A stretch of DNA of 54,275 bases from Gammaproteobacteria bacterium (GCA_003645215.1 QNEM01000001.1:1-54275), one strand, 5' to 3'; shown: positions 1-10,554, counted from the first letter of the stretch. Translations and numbers: made by a program. The notes: a model not told the origin generated them from the letters alone.

Positions 1-928
1 AGTCCACCACCATAATTTTTGCCGGCTTGCCAGGTTCTGGTCGTGAGACAAATATATTCCCGGGGTGCATATCAGCATGGAAAAAACTGTCTCTCAGGAC
101 TTCGGTAAAAAATACTTCGACACCTGCTTCCGCCAGCCACTTCAGGTCGACCCCGGCGGCTTTAAGCTCTTCAAAATCATTAACAGGAATGCCTGAAATG
201 CGCTCCATCACCATGACATTTTTATGGGTTAAATCCCAGTCGATTTCTGGCACATATAACTTGTCTGAGTCGATAAAATTTCGGCGTAGCTGTGAAGCAT
301 TGGCAGCCTCGCGCATCAGATCCAGCTCGCCTAATAATGTCTTCTCAAATTCTGCAATGACATTAACAGGGCCCAGGCGTCTGCCATCTTTTGTATATCG
401 TTCTGCTTTTTCGGCAAGAAAATACATCAAGCCAAGATCACGACGAATGACTTCTTCAATATCAGGTCGGACAACCTTAACTATCATCTCCCGACCATCT
501 TTCATCTTCGCAGCATGCACCTGGGCGATGGAGGCAGAAGCTAATGGAGTATCATCAAACTCCAGAAATATATCTTCAATCTTGCCCTCAAATGCATCCT
601 CAATGATACGTCTTGCTTCCTCACTGGGGAAAGGCGGCACATTATCCTGCAGCTTTAAAAATTCCCGTGAAATATCTTCTGGCAAAAAGTCGCGACGTGT
701 CGATAAGAGTTGCCCGAACTTGATAAATATTGGTCCTAACTCTTCCAGTGCACATCTTAATCGCTCCCCTCTTGGTCCCTGTTTTCTTCCATACCAGTTC
801 CAGGGAAAAATATTGAACAATATTTTTGTTGATCGAGAGATATTTGAAGCAAAGGCAATTTCATCCAGCCCGTGACGGGACAGTACCTTCTGGATAGTGA
901 TCAATCGCGATATTTCACCCAGTTTCAT
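1..928 (-). CDS. ubiB: UbiB (ABC1-family ubiquinone biosynthesis protein), N-terminal ~309 codons; the 3' end lies beyond the window start
   Basis: Absent from the ORF track because it runs off the edge. My translation of the minus strand from ATG 928..926 gives MKLGEISRLITIQKVLSRHGLDEIAFASN. It stays open to position 1 and includes LEELGPIFIKFGQLLSTRRDFLPEDI and ASIAQVHAAKMKDG, which fit the UbiB/ABC1 N-terminus. It lies directly downstream of ubiE-ubiJ. The + ORF 27..875 is its antisense shadow. Confidence 0.85.
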   Translation of the reverse strand, partial: MKLGEISRLITIQKVLSRHGLDEIAFASNISRSTKILFNIFPWNWYGRKQGPRGERLRCALEELGPIFIKFGQLLSTRRDFLPEDISREFLKLQDNVPPFPSEEARRIIEDAFEGKIEDIFLEFDDTPLASASIAQVHAAKMKDGREMIVKVVRPDIEEVIRRDLGLMYFLAEKAERYTKDGRRLGPVNVIAEFEKTLLGELDLMREAANASQLRRNFIDSDKLYVPEIDWDLTHKNVMVMERISGIPVNDFEELKAAGVDLKWLAEAGVEVFFTEVLRDSFFHADMHPGNIFVSRPEPGKPAKIMVVD

Positions 929-933
929 GTGTT

Positions 934-1545
934 TTATTTTCCTAGTCTCTCAACACGTTTTTGCAAGCGTTCCACATCGTTACGAATTTTATCTACGGCA
1001 TGATTAAATTCATCCAGCTCTGATTTGTCCAGTAATGCTTCCTTTTCGTAACGAAGATATTCACTGATATCCAGACCAATCGTTTTGGCAGAGGCTTTGG
1101 CAAGCTGACTCATTCCCCTTAGAAAATTACCTACTTTATGAGCGGCGATATCGCCAATAATTTGTGATAGATATTCCTCCCAATCAATGTCCATTTTCTT
1201 CAAGGTGGATTGAAGTTTATGCGCCATTCCAACATTACCAATAATTTCGACATCTCCTGCACCAACTTTTTCAGCAGTAATCATCCCTAACAACGCAGCA
1301 GGGGTTCCTTTTATCGAAACATCCACCTTGTCTTCATATGTTGACACCAATGTTAGCCCCCTGGCCGAGGGTAGAATAAATAACCTAATGTCAGTGTTCA
1401 GGACATCAATCTCAACAACATTAGCTTCCAATGTTGCCAGGGCATCCAGTGTCTCTTCATCCAGAGACAGCAGCTTATTCACCATCTTTTCGACGCTATC
1501 AAGTACGACAGCCTGAGGATTACCTGATTTCATATTTTCACTCAA
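934..1545 (-). CDS. ubiJ: Ubiquinone biosynthesis accessory factor UbiJ (SCP2 lipid-binding domain protein)
   Basis: 203 aa, about the size of E. coli UbiJ/YigP. It sits between ubiE and ubiB with a 4-nt overlap to ubiE and has a C-terminal coiled segment ([18 protein letters not shown]). The call rests mainly on position and size. Confidence 0.7.
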   Translation of the reverse strand: MSENMKSGNPQAVVLDSVEKMVNKLLSLDEETLDALATLEANVVEIDVLNTDIRLFILPSARGLTLVSTYEDKVDVSIKGTPAALLGMITAEKVGAGDVEIIGNVGMAHKLQSTLKKMDIDWEEYLSQIIGDIAAHKVGNFLRGMSQLAKASAKTIGLDISEYLRYEKEALLDKSELDEFNHAVDKIRNDVERLQKRVERLGK

Positions 1546-2288
1546 AGCTTGTAAGCCCTGTGTATCGCAACAACACCACCCATCAGATTAAAGTATTCGA
1601 CTCTGGAAAACCCTGCTGTTTCAATCATGCTTTTTAATGTTTCCTGATCCGGGTGCATACGAATTGACTCAACCAGGTATCGATAACTGGCCTCGTCCTT
1701 TGCTACAAACTTTCCAATCCTTGGAATCACCTTGAATGAATAGGTATCATAGATACTTGCTAATGAAGCTGATTCTACTTTGGAAAATTCCAGAATGATC
1801 AGACAGCCACCATAACGTAGCTTCTCAAACATGGAATTGATTGCCTTTTGCTTATCGGTCACATTACGCAATCCAAATGCAATACTGATGCAGTCAAAAC
1901 TGTTATCTGCAAATGGAAGCATTTCCGCATTTGCCTGAACATAATCAATACCGGAAACAATCCCTGCATCAATCATTTTATCCCGACCTTCGAGCAACAT
2001 GGCACTATTGATATCGGTCATTAATACGGTTCCTTCCTTGCCGACGCGCTGATGAAATAATCTTGACAGGTCGCCTGTGCCTCCAGCCACATCCAGCACG
2101 GACTGACCTTTCTTGACGCCCGCTAGATTTATGGCATGTCTCTTCCAGAGTCTATGTGCACCAAACGACATCAGGTCATTCATTAAATCATAATTGCCAG
2201 CGACAGAACGAAACACTTCAGAGACAAGATTTACTTTATCTTCCGAAGCAACTTTTTTATACCCAAAATCTGTCGTCTTACTGTTCAT
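1542..2288 (-). CDS. ubiE: Demethylmenaquinone / 2-methoxy-6-polyprenyl-1,4-benzoquinol methyltransferase UbiE
   Basis: 248 aa with [36 protein letters not shown] and the SAM motif [11 protein letters not shown], typical of UbiE/MenG. Confidence 0.95.
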   Translation of the reverse strand: MNSKTTDFGYKKVASEDKVNLVSEVFRSVAGNYDLMNDLMSFGAHRLWKRHAINLAGVKKGQSVLDVAGGTGDLSRLFHQRVGKEGTVLMTDINSAMLLEGRDKMIDAGIVSGIDYVQANAEMLPFADNSFDCISIAFGLRNVTDKQKAINSMFEKLRYGGCLIILEFSKVESASLASIYDTYSFKVIPRIGKFVAKDEASYRYLVESIRMHPDQETLKSMIETAGFSRVEYFNLMGGVVAIHRAYKL

Positions 2289-2321
2289 TTAATGTGTAAT
2301 AGTTATTTCAGATTAGACACT

Positions 2322-2696
2322 TTAAACACTAACTTCCTGCCTCTGATGACCAGAGTCCTTTAACGCCTGAAGATAATCCTGCCATAAGGTTTCTTTATTC
2401 TCGCCAAGTTCATAGAGATAAGCCCACGAATACAGACCAGTCTCATGACCATCATCGAAAATCAGCTTTACGGCATAATGACCAACTGGTTCAATTTCTT
2501 TAATAGAAACATTTTCCTTACCTGTTTGTAATACAGATTGTCCCGGACCATGACCCTTAACTTCTGCCGAAGGTGAATATACCCTGAGTAATTCACAGGA
2601 TAATTCAAAGTTCTGACCATCATCAAAAGCGATTTCAAGAATTCTGGATTTTTGATGAAGATTGATTAACTCGGGTTGTGGTGATGCTTTATTCAT
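2322..2696 (-). CDS. DUF971 family protein (gamma-butyrobetaine hydroxylase-like N-terminal domain)
   Basis: 124 aa; pattern L.I.F.DG..F.L..E.LR..SPSAEV.GHG....L..GK..V.I..IEPVGHYAVKL.FDDGHETGLYSW.YL as I recall for DUF971. Confidence 0.7.
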   Translation of the reverse strand: MNKASPQPELINLHQKSRILEIAFDDGQNFELSCELLRVYSPSAEVKGHGPGQSVLQTGKENVSIKEIEPVGHYAVKLIFDDGHETGLYSWAYLYELGENKETLWQDYLQALKDSGHQRQEVSV

Positions 2697-4036
2697 TACA
2701 GTATATACCTCGACAGATCTTCATCCTGCACCAATTCTTCCAGGTGATCATTGACATAATCTGCATCAACCACAATAGAGTCTCCACTTAGATCAGATGC
2801 CTGGTAGGATAAAGTTTCAAGCAATCTTTCCATCACGGTATGCAAGCGCCTTGCTCCAATGTTCTCGGTTGTCTCGTTGACCTGCCAGGCAATCTCGGCG
2901 GCCCTTTTAATCCCGTCTTCGGAGAATGATAGATTCACTCCCTCGGTTTTCATCAAGGCTGTATATTGTTCTGTCAGTGACGCATCTGGTTCAGTCAATA
3001 TACGTATAAAATCATCAACACCGAGTGCACTTAACTCCACCCTGATAGGCAAGCGCCCCTGTAGTTCAGGTATTAAATCTGACGGCTTGGCCAGATGAAA
3101 AGCACCTGAGGCAATAAAAAGAATATGATCTGTTTTCACCATGCCATATTTGGTAGATACCGTGCTACCTTCAACCAACGGTAACAAATCGCGCTGCACA
3201 CCTTCACGGGAAACATCCGGTCCGCTTGATTCCGAACGACCAGTAACCTTGTCAATTTCATCCAGGAAAACGATACCATTCTGCTCCAGACTTTCAATTG
3301 AGATTGCCTTGATTTCATCTTCGTTAACCAGTTTGCCCGCTTCTTCTTCATTAAGAAACTTTAAAGCATCCTTGATGCGTAATTCACGTGTGCTCTTCTT
3401 GCTCCCGGACATGTTCTGAAACATCCCTTGCAACTGGCTGGTCATTTCTTCCATGCCTGGAGGTGCCATGATCTCAACACCAATTGAGGGTGCATTAAGT
3501 TCTACTTCAACGAGCTTGTCATCAAGCTTGCCTTCTTGCAGCATGCCACGGAATTTTCCCCTGGTGGCATTATCAGTCGGGGCTTCTTCCTCATTAGCAG
3601 GTTCATTAGCAAACCGACGTGGTGCAGGTAAAAGAATATCCAGCACCCTGTCTTTTGCCGCGACCTCTGCCTGTTCCTTGACTTTTTCTACTTCACTTTC
3701 CCTGGTCATTTTTACTGCGATATCAGCCAGGTCACGAACGATTGATTCTACATCTCTACCTACATAACCAACTTCTGTAAATTTAGTTGCTTCAATCTTG
3801 ATAAACGGGGCATTGGCCAGCCTGGCAAGTCTTCTTGCGATCTCTGTTTTACCTACGCCTGTAGGGCCAATCATTAATATATTTTTCGGTGTGATCTCAT
3901 TACGCAATTCTTCGTCGACCTGCATTCGACGCCAACGGTTACGCAATGCGATAGCAACCGCTCGTTTGGCATCATCCTGCCCGACTATGTGTTTATTTAA
4001 TTCGTCTACAATCGCTTTCGGTGTTAATTCACTCAT
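2696..4036 (-). CDS. hslU: ATP-dependent protease ATPase subunit HslU
   Basis: 446 aa; [34 protein letters not shown], Walker [17 protein letters not shown]-terminal DEDLSRYIL. Confidence 0.97.
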   Translation of the reverse strand: MSELTPKAIVDELNKHIVGQDDAKRAVAIALRNRWRRMQVDEELRNEITPKNILMIGPTGVGKTEIARRLARLANAPFIKIEATKFTEVGYVGRDVESIVRDLADIAVKMTRESEVEKVKEQAEVAAKDRVLDILLPAPRRFANEPANEEEAPTDNATRGKFRGMLQEGKLDDKLVEVELNAPSIGVEIMAPPGMEEMTSQLQGMFQNMSGSKKSTRELRIKDALKFLNEEEAGKLVNEDEIKAISIESLEQNGIVFLDEIDKVTGRSESSGPDVSREGVQRDLLPLVEGSTVSTKYGMVKTDHILFIASGAFHLAKPSDLIPELQGRLPIRVELSALGVDDFIRILTEPDASLTEQYTALMKTEGVNLSFSEDGIKRAAEIAWQVNETTENIGARRLHTVMERLLETLSYQASDLSGDSIVVDADYVNDHLEELVQDEDLSRYIL

Positions 4037-4066
4037 ACTACTTATTTAAATCCTTGTGTTTATTAT

Positions 4067-4618
4067 TTATTCAGTATCTGCAACTGAAAGTTCTTCAATC
4101 GTTTGTGTGTGGTTCGTATAAATACAAATATCGGCTGCAATGTTTAGCCCTTTGACAACGATATCCCGAGCAGAGATTTCAGTATTGTCCATTAAGGCAA
4201 TTGCCGCTGCCTTGGCAAAAGGGCCACCGGAGCCGATCGCCATAATATTGTCTTCCGGTTCAATCACGTCACCATTTCCAGAAATGATCAAAGAAACTTT
4301 TTTGTCAGCCACACAAAGCATAGCTTCAAGATTGCGCAATATTTTATCTGTGCGCCAATCCTTGGCCAGCTCAACCGCTGATCTCATTAAATGACCCTGG
4401 TGTTTTTCAAGTTTGCCTTCAAACCGTTCAAACAGGGTAAATGCATCAGCCGTGCCACCTGCAAATCCGGCAATAACCTTATCGTGATACAGTCTCCTGA
4501 CTTTCCTGGCATTACCTTTCATGACCGTATCGCCCATTGAAACCTGTCCATCACCACCGATAACCACACTATCATCCCTACGAACTGAGAGAATGGTTGT
4601 ACCTCTAAATTGCTTCAA
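4067..4618 (-). CDS. hslV: ATP-dependent protease subunit HslV (Ntn-hydrolase peptidase), TTG start, 6-residue N-terminal extension
   Basis: 183 aa; [21 protein letters not shown]...[17 protein letters not shown]...GSGG matches HslV. AGGAGA lies 6 nt upstream of TTG 4618. The catalytic Thr is preceded by MKQFRG (see findings). Confidence 0.95.
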   Translation of the reverse strand: MKQFRGTTILSVRRDDSVVIGGDGQVSMGDTVMKGNARKVRRLYHDKVIAGFAGGTADAFTLFERFEGKLEKHQGHLMRSAVELAKDWRTDKILRNLEAMLCVADKKVSLIISGNGDVIEPEDNIMAIGSGGPFAKAAAIALMDNTEISARDIVVKGLNIAADICIYTNHTQTIEELSVADTE

Positions 4619-4701
4619 ATAATTTCTCCTGATTTGGTCCAGATTTTATGCCAGCTTCTTTTTGAATGGCGCATTCTACTAGAGACTGCCCAGTTTACTA
4701 G

Positions 4702-4729
4702 ATATGGGGGTAATGCGGTAAATTTCCAG
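4702..4729 (-). promoter_or_regulatory. Candidate sigma-32 (heat-shock) promoter for hslVU
   Basis: The minus strand reads CTGGAAA (4729..4723), a 13-nt spacer, then CCCCATAT (4709..4702). The E. coli sigma-32 consensus is CTTGAAA-N13/14-CCCCATNT. The site is about 85 nt upstream of the hslV start. Confidence 0.45.
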
Positions 4730-4730
4730 C

Positions 4731-5627
4731 CTATGATTTCTTCTTATGCGCGCGTGGATGCGCATCATCATAAACGTTTGCGAGATGCTGGAAGTCCAGG
4801 TGTGTATACACCTGTGTCGTACTGATATCCGCGTGACCGAGTAATTCCTGAACAGCGCGCAAATCACCACTGGATTCCAGTAAATGGCTGGCGAAAGAAT
4901 GCCGCAACATATGCGGGTTGACATGATTCGTAAGTCCCTGCTTTATCGCCCACTGTTGCAAACGCTGTTGTATCGAACGGCGACTGATCCTGCTCCCTCT
5001 TTGACTGACAAACACTGCGAGTTCCTCATTATTTGCCATTTTGTCACGACACTTTAACCACTGTTTAATCGCATTGCGTGCATATTTACCGACAGGAACA
5101 GCACGTGTTTTCTTGCCCTTGCCGACCACCGTCACCACGGCATCAGTCAGATCCAGGCTATCCAGATCCAGCATCACCAGTTCAGACAGGCGCAGGCCGG
5201 AAGAATACATCAATTCCAGAATGGCCTTATCACGAATAGCTAAGGGATCTTTAGTGTCGATCTGAAGTAACTGGGCAGCCTGATCGACATCAAGCAGTTT
5301 GGGTAACACTTTCGGGGATTTCGGGGCCTGCACACCTTCAGCAGGATTATGTTGTGCCACACCTGCACCAATCAAATAGCGATAGAATGCACGTGTTGCT
5401 GATAAATTTCGTTGTAATGATCGACCGCCAATCCCTTGCCTATGTCTCCAGGCCACAAAGCTACGGATTTGACGACCATCCAGTTCCTGCCATTGGTTTA
5501 CCTCTTGCGCGTTCACAAATTCTAGCAATACTTTGAGATCGCGTTGGTAGGATTTTCTGGTATGTTCAGACAGATGCTGCAGGGTTTCCAGAAACAGGTC
5601 GATCCTTGAGGCTTCTTGCTGGTTCAT
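4731..5627 (-). CDS. xerC: Tyrosine recombinase XerC (chromosome dimer resolution)
   Basis: 298 aa with the phage-integrase catalytic signature (ARLSEL-like GLRLSEL, HMLRHSFASHLLESSGDLRAVQELLGHADISTTQVYTH). It sits in the conserved dapF-DUF484-xerC arrangement, so I call it housekeeping rather than a mobile-element integrase. Confidence 0.9.
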   Translation of the reverse strand: MNQQEASRIDLFLETLQHLSEHTRKSYQRDLKVLLEFVNAQEVNQWQELDGRQIRSFVAWRHRQGIGGRSLQRNLSATRAFYRYLIGAGVAQHNPAEGVQAPKSPKVLPKLLDVDQAAQLLQIDTKDPLAIRDKAILELMYSSGLRLSELVMLDLDSLDLTDAVVTVVGKGKKTRAVPVGKYARNAIKQWLKCRDKMANNEELAVFVSQRGSRISRRSIQQRLQQWAIKQGLTNHVNPHMLRHSFASHLLESSGDLRAVQELLGHADISTTQVYTHLDFQHLANVYDDAHPRAHKKKS

Positions 5628-5710
5628 CCTGTGCTAATCAATCATTGAGGTTTGCTTGACCACAAGGGGTAAGCTTTGCCCGGGAACAGGCACATAATAT
5701 TGCGCTGGTT

Positions 5711-6490
5711 TCAGGTCTCGGCTATCCACGGTTTCAAAATAAAACTCAGGACCTCGGCCATATTTGCCAGCAGTTCCACACCCATACCTGGCTGAAAGCG
5801 ATCCGGGTTAAAACTACCGATCGCCATTATCCCGCTCCATCCCGCACCCAGTAATGGCACCATGACAGAGGAGGTAATTTCATCAGCCTCGGTACCAAAC
5901 AGAAATGCCTGCTGCTGATGTTTCATGCGTCCGCACATGGCTTGTCTGGTCTCAATCATGGTTTTAAATAATGAGATTTCCCTGGTGTCCTTACCGGCAA
6001 ATTCTTCACCTGCAAAAGAATCGATAAAGGCCGGCTCACCAAAGATACGAACAGCAACACGATCTGCATGAAAATTCTTGGATAGATTGTCATACAAGGT
6101 TGCAAAAATATCCTTCGGATCTGTCGCATCCATCAGCGTCAAACCTAACTGGTGCATTTTCCTTGCCAGTTCTTCATTCTGGCGCGCAATCTCGATCAAC
6201 TCATGTAATTGTTTGGTAGTTTGCTTGTTTTGCTCTCTTAATACCGCAACCTGTCTTTCAACCAGAGAAACCACTCCTCCATTACTATGTGGTATCGATA
6301 ATTCACCAAGGAGTGCAGGATTTTCATTAAAAAATTCTGTGTTCTTGTGTAAAAATTCTGCAATATCCTTTGCTGAAATTAATGGTGTGATCTGTGCTGA
6401 ATCTTTTTCCACGCTTGTGCCTGTTTCTGGCCCTGAGTCTTTCCCTTGACCTGAGTCTTGCCCCTGGTTTGTGTCTTTATCGACCGTCAT
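5711..6490 (-). CDS. DUF484 family protein (YigA-like, GAF-like fold)
   Basis: Conserved position between dapF and xerC. I trimmed the start to ATG 6490 (MTVDKD...), which forms an ATGA overlap with the dapF stop. The track start 6538 would overlap dapF by 52 nt. Confidence 0.75.
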   Translation of the reverse strand: MTVDKDTNQGQDSGQGKDSGPETGTSVEKDSAQITPLISAKDIAEFLHKNTEFFNENPALLGELSIPHSNGGVVSLVERQVAVLREQNKQTTKQLHELIEIARQNEELARKMHQLGLTLMDATDPKDIFATLYDNLSKNFHADRVAVRIFGEPAFIDSFAGEEFAGKDTREISLFKTMIETRQAMCGRMKHQQQAFLFGTEADEITSSVMVPLLGAGWSGIMAIGSFNPDRFQPGMGVELLANMAEVLSFILKPWIAET

Positions 6491-7329
6491 AATGATATCT
6501 GCCCCCTGTAAACAAAAGTGGCTGGCCCTGTCATCCATACAGGTTCACCTTGTCCCGCCCAGCTAATCAAAAGATGCCCCCCCGGCAACTCCACATCAAC
6601 TTCCTGATCCAGACTGGAATTGATACATCCTGCCACGACTGCGGCACAAGCACCACTCCCGCAGGCCAATGTTTCCCCAGCACCCCGTTCATAAACACGT
6701 AATTTGATATGACCACTATCAATAATCTGCATAAAACCCACATTCACGCCTTCAGGAAAAAATGTTTGCTGTTGCACTTCAGGCCCCATAGTCAAGACCG
6801 GTGCCGAGGATACATCATCCACAACAATCACGGCATGTGGATTACCCATAGAGACCGCACTGAATGTAATCTCTGTATCGGACAAATTCAATCGATACTG
6901 CCGGGCATCTTCCTGCGTATCCAGAGGTATATCGGTAGCTGCCAATTTTGGGATACCCATATTAACCCTGACCCGACCATCCTTTTCCAGATGCATGGTG
7001 ATAATGCCTTCGTTGGTTTCAGCAGCAATTGCCTTTCCATCGACCAGGTCTTCAATAAGGCCATTCTCACGTAAATAGGCAGCAGCGCATCTTGCACCAT
7101 TTCCACATTGAGATACTTCGCCACCATCTGCGTTATAGATCAAATAGCGCACGTCTACACCTTCTTTGTCAGAAGGCGCGAGTAATAACAATTGATCACA
7201 ACCGATGCCAAAGTGACGATCGGCAATCAATCGCACTTGCTCGGCGGACAACTGTATCTCTTGCGCAAAGCTATCCATGACAACAAAATCATTGCCGAGA
7301 CCATGCATTTTTGTGAACTGGATTTCCAT
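6487..7329 (-). CDS. dapF: Diaminopimelate epimerase DapF
   Basis: FTKMHGLGNDFVV, catalytic Cys motifs SQCGNGARC and ETLACGSGACA. I chose the start at ATG 7329 (MEIQFTKMHGLGNDF) by analogy with E. coli MQFSKMHGLGNDF. The track start 7344 is a TTG. Confidence 0.93.
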   Translation of the reverse strand: MEIQFTKMHGLGNDFVVMDSFAQEIQLSAEQVRLIADRHFGIGCDQLLLLAPSDKEGVDVRYLIYNADGGEVSQCGNGARCAAAYLRENGLIEDLVDGKAIAAETNEGIITMHLEKDGRVRVNMGIPKLAATDIPLDTQEDARQYRLNLSDTEITFSAVSMGNPHAVIVVDDVSSAPVLTMGPEVQQQTFFPEGVNVGFMQIIDSGHIKLRVYERGAGETLACGSGACAAVVAGCINSSLDQEVDVELPGGHLLISWAGQGEPVWMTGPATFVYRGQISL

Positions 7330-7360
7330 AGTGTGTATATTCAACTAGCTGGAAATAAAA

Positions 7361-8461
7361 TCAAGATTGTTCGATTGCAACACCGTCCGGGATATGTAGT
7401 GTCGAGGTTGGGAATGCACATTCGGCACCATGTGACTCAACAATCCTGATGACCTTCAATAATACATCCTGCTTTACCTCATGGAACCGTATCCAGTTTG
7501 TCGTTTTTGTGAATGTGTAGATAAAGAAGTCCAGAGATGAAGGCGCGAACTCATTAAAATTCACTATCAGGGTTTGATTCGAATCAATATCTTCGTGTTC
7601 CTGTAGCATTTTCTTCACGTCATCAATAATGGCTTCCATTTTGCCCACATCATCATAACGAATACCGATAGTTTCCTTGATACGCCTATGCGTCATACGC
7701 GAAGGATTCTCAACCGAGATATTGGCAAAAATTGAATTCGGGACATATAAAGCACGTTTGTCGAAGGTACGGATCCGGGTCAATCGCCAACCGATATTCT
7801 CAATCGTACCTTCAATTTGCCTGTCCGGTGATCTGACCCAGTCTCCCACATTGAAGGGCCGATCCAGGTAGATCATCAGGCCGCCAAAGAAATTTGCCAG
7901 CAGATCTTTTGCGGCAAAACCAATAGCGATACCACCAATACCACCAAAGGCAAGTACCCCCGAGATGCTATAACCTAGTGTCTGTAGCGTCACCAGTAGC
8001 CCGGTAATGATGACGGATATTCTTAATAACTTTGCAATCGCATCTGCTGTTGTGCGATCAACTTCTTCACCCCTGGCTTCTTTTTTCAGGACAATATTTT
8101 TTTCTGTACGTGCAATGAACCTGACCAGAAACCATACCAGTGAAAAAATAACGCCAATATCCCGAATAGGACCGACTGCGCCAAATATCACTGCACCACT
8201 TTCATTACTGACAATCTCGGCCGCAAAGCTAAGGCCGATTATCCAGATTAAAAAAGTTAAGGGACGACGCGCAGCATCAACCAGGGCATCATCCCAATAG
8301 ATATTTGTTTCCTGCAACTTGGTAAGTAACTTTCCAAGAATGCGCTTTTGCAGAAAACTGAAGAGTAGCGTGAGAAAGACAATAAAAAATACCTGGGCCA
8401 CCCAGGAGTTACTGCTAAAGTAATTCTGTAATTCAATTAGTATTGTTTCTATATCCATCAA
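7361..8461 (-). CDS. Mechanosensitive ion channel (MscS family) protein
   Basis: 366 aa with N-terminal TM helices, then the MscS core AAKDLLANFFGGLMIYLDRPFNVGDWV...GTIENIGWRLTRIRTFDKRALYVPNS. Confidence 0.85.
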   Translation of the reverse strand: MMDIETILIELQNYFSSNSWVAQVFFIVFLTLLFSFLQKRILGKLLTKLQETNIYWDDALVDAARRPLTFLIWIIGLSFAAEIVSNESGAVIFGAVGPIRDIGVIFSLVWFLVRFIARTEKNIVLKKEARGEEVDRTTADAIAKLLRISVIITGLLVTLQTLGYSISGVLAFGGIGGIAIGFAAKDLLANFFGGLMIYLDRPFNVGDWVRSPDRQIEGTIENIGWRLTRIRTFDKRALYVPNSIFANISVENPSRMTHRRIKETIGIRYDDVGKMEAIIDDVKKMLQEHEDIDSNQTLIVNFNEFAPSSLDFFIYTFTKTTNWIRFHEVKQDVLLKVIRIVESHGAECAFPTSTLHIPDGVAIEQS

Positions 8462-8495
8462 TATCAGACCCTGTTTCGTATTTAATAATTCGTAT

Positions 8496-9452
8496 TTAAT
8501 AAATTGCGGTTATTTTATAACCCTGTTGATTTAAATTTTCCATGATGCCGTCATCACCCGGAAGATGTAATGCTCCGACAGCAATAAAGGCATCACCTTT
8601 TTGTAAATATGCGTGCATACGATCAATCATTAATTTATTCCGATCGGTCAGTAACCTCCTGGTCAGTTCCTTGTATAAAGGTTCATCAGCATAAGGATGT
8701 TGCGAGTTTGCTGCCAACAATCCATTCAAATCCTTTTCCAGGTAAAACTGCTTCATTTCTTCAATTCCCTCAGTAACCAGATCATAATTGCACACAGTAT
8801 CGAGCAGTAACCTTAACTGATCAGCCAGTGCCATTTCACTGAAAACAGCACCTTGTTCACTCAAGGTCTCCAGACCAGCTGTTTTGGCACCCTGGCTCAT
8901 GGCTATCTCCAACAATTTCAAATCCAGTGGCATGGTATTATCCGCAGGATAATTCATCATTAAAAATGCTGCCCATGGCCGCATTATGGCGACAGCTTCT
9001 ACCGGCAACTGGAAAGCCGAGAGTACTTCTGCAGTACGAAGGAACAACTCATCATCCAGAAACTCACTTAAGGTCGTACCATCCATATAAAACATCATTT
9101 GCGAAAAAGTTAATACATCTTCTGGATTTGGCAGGGCCTCCATCACAAAGGTGTCTGAATTATTCAATGCGGACTTAACTTCCTCGGGTAAATTCGTGAT
9201 CCTCGGATCAGAAACATGTATCGTCCCGAAAATATAGCTGGAAGAATTTCCTGCTTTTGACACCTTCCAGAGTAAGGCATCGCTATATTTCGCAATAGAA
9301 TATGAGTCAGACGATATTTTATCGAAAACACGACAATCTGCATTCGTCAGCTTTTGCTGAATATCAGCAGCAGATGCCAGGTTCGAGACCAAGAACATAA
9401 CAACTACTGCTAATAGCGGAAATATTTTTCTATGTCTGTATTGTATCATCAC
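8496..9452 (-). CDS. TraB/GumN family protein, exported
   Basis: Signal peptide (LAVVVMFLVSNLASA), GTIHV motif and C-terminal AFIAVGALHLPGDDGIMENLNQQGYKI, typical of TraB/GumN. 4-nt overlap with nagZ. Confidence 0.75.
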   Translation of the reverse strand: MMIQYRHRKIFPLLAVVVMFLVSNLASAADIQQKLTNADCRVFDKISSDSYSIAKYSDALLWKVSKAGNSSSYIFGTIHVSDPRITNLPEEVKSALNNSDTFVMEALPNPEDVLTFSQMMFYMDGTTLSEFLDDELFLRTAEVLSAFQLPVEAVAIMRPWAAFLMMNYPADNTMPLDLKLLEIAMSQGAKTAGLETLSEQGAVFSEMALADQLRLLLDTVCNYDLVTEGIEEMKQFYLEKDLNGLLAANSQHPYADEPLYKELTRRLLTDRNKLMIDRMHAYLQKGDAFIAVGALHLPGDDGIMENLNQQGYKITAIY

Positions 9453-10513
9453 GCTATTCCATCATCTCCTAGCGCCAACTCAGGTTCCACAACAAGGTCA
9501 GAGATCTCTGTTGAGACGGTTTGCCATGCTTCATCATTTTTCAATTTAGTAAAATCATGTTCGTATTTCCCATGCATGCGTATCAACCGGGATTGTGATG
9601 CTGGATTCGGTTCGACCTTGAGATTATCCAGCACTTCAATGGCCGCCTCCTGATTATTACACACAAGCACCATGTCACAACCCGCTTCTAATGCGCAATA
9701 TGCACGATCGACATAACCGCCAACAACTTCCGCACCTGCCATACTGATATCGTCACTAAAGATAACCCCCTGGAATTCCAGCTGCTGACGCAGGATATTA
9801 TGTAACCAGATGGATGAAAATCCGGCAGGTTTGTCATCCACTTCAGGATAAATGACATGTGCTGGCATAATCCCGGCGAGACCCGCATGAATCAGGCGTT
9901 CAAATGACAGCATGTCATCCATCTGAATATCTTCGAACCTTCTTCCATCAACAGGTATGGCAAGATGTGAATCTTCCTTCACGGCACCGTGGCCGGGAAA
10001 ATGTTTTCCGACTGCAGCCATCCCGGCGCGGCGCATGCCATGCATATAGGCCTTTGATAAATCGGCAACACATTCAGGATCTCTGTGGAATGAACGATCA
10101 CCGATCACCTGACTGATCCCCTTACAAACATCCAGTACCGGGGCAAAACTAAAATCAATATCTACAGCTCGAAGTTCAATCGCCATCAACCATCCGGCTT
10201 TCTCAGCAAGCGTTAATCCTGCCTGTTTGTCCTTATCATAACGTTCACCAATCAACTGCAAGGCAGGTAATCTTGTGAAACCATCTCGAAATCTTTGAAC
10301 CCGCCCGCCTTCATGATCAACTGCGATTAACAAGCGGGGTTCGCGTAGCCCATGAATCTCTTTTGCAAGCGCAGCAATTTGATCGGGCGATTCATAATTA
10401 CGTGAGAAGAAAATGATTCCGCCCACCAGAGGATGTAGCAAGAGTTCTTTCTCATCATTTTCCAGCGTGGGGCCACGCAGATCCATCATGATGGGTCCTA
10501 ATGACATGAACAA
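9449..10513 (-). CDS. nagZ: Beta-N-acetylhexosaminidase NagZ (peptidoglycan recycling)
   Basis: 354 aa; GGIIFFSRNY, IAVDHEGGRVQRF, GKHFPGHGAVKEDSH and FSDDISMAGA are GH3 NagZ signatures. Confidence 0.9.
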   Translation of the reverse strand: MFMSLGPIMMDLRGPTLENDEKELLLHPLVGGIIFFSRNYESPDQIAALAKEIHGLREPRLLIAVDHEGGRVQRFRDGFTRLPALQLIGERYDKDKQAGLTLAEKAGWLMAIELRAVDIDFSFAPVLDVCKGISQVIGDRSFHRDPECVADLSKAYMHGMRRAGMAAVGKHFPGHGAVKEDSHLAIPVDGRRFEDIQMDDMLSFERLIHAGLAGIMPAHVIYPEVDDKPAGFSSIWLHNILRQQLEFQGVIFSDDISMAGAEVVGGYVDRAYCALEAGCDMVLVCNNQEAAIEVLDNLKVEPNPASQSRLIRMHGKYEHDFTKLKNDEAWQTVSTEISDLVVEPELALGDDGIA

Positions 10514-10554
10514 CGCTCCAGAAAATATTTATTAAATAAAATCATTATTGTTTT

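Noticed and set aside
27-875. 282-aa + strand ORF at the window start
   Set aside because: It has a Ser/Arg-rich low-complexity translation with no family resemblance. The opposite strand encodes an unmistakable UbiB N-terminus in frame from ATG 928, so this ORF is an antisense shadow.
4731-5627. Tyrosine recombinase as a marker of an integrated mobile element
   Set aside because: It sits in the conserved dapF-DUF484-xerC housekeeping arrangement. There are no flanking att-like repeats, phage genes or compositional shift.
6491-6538. 16-codon N-terminal extension of the DUF484 ORF overlapping dapF
   Set aside because: ATG 6490 gives the common ATGA stop/start overlap with dapF. The longer form would overlap dapF by 52 nt.
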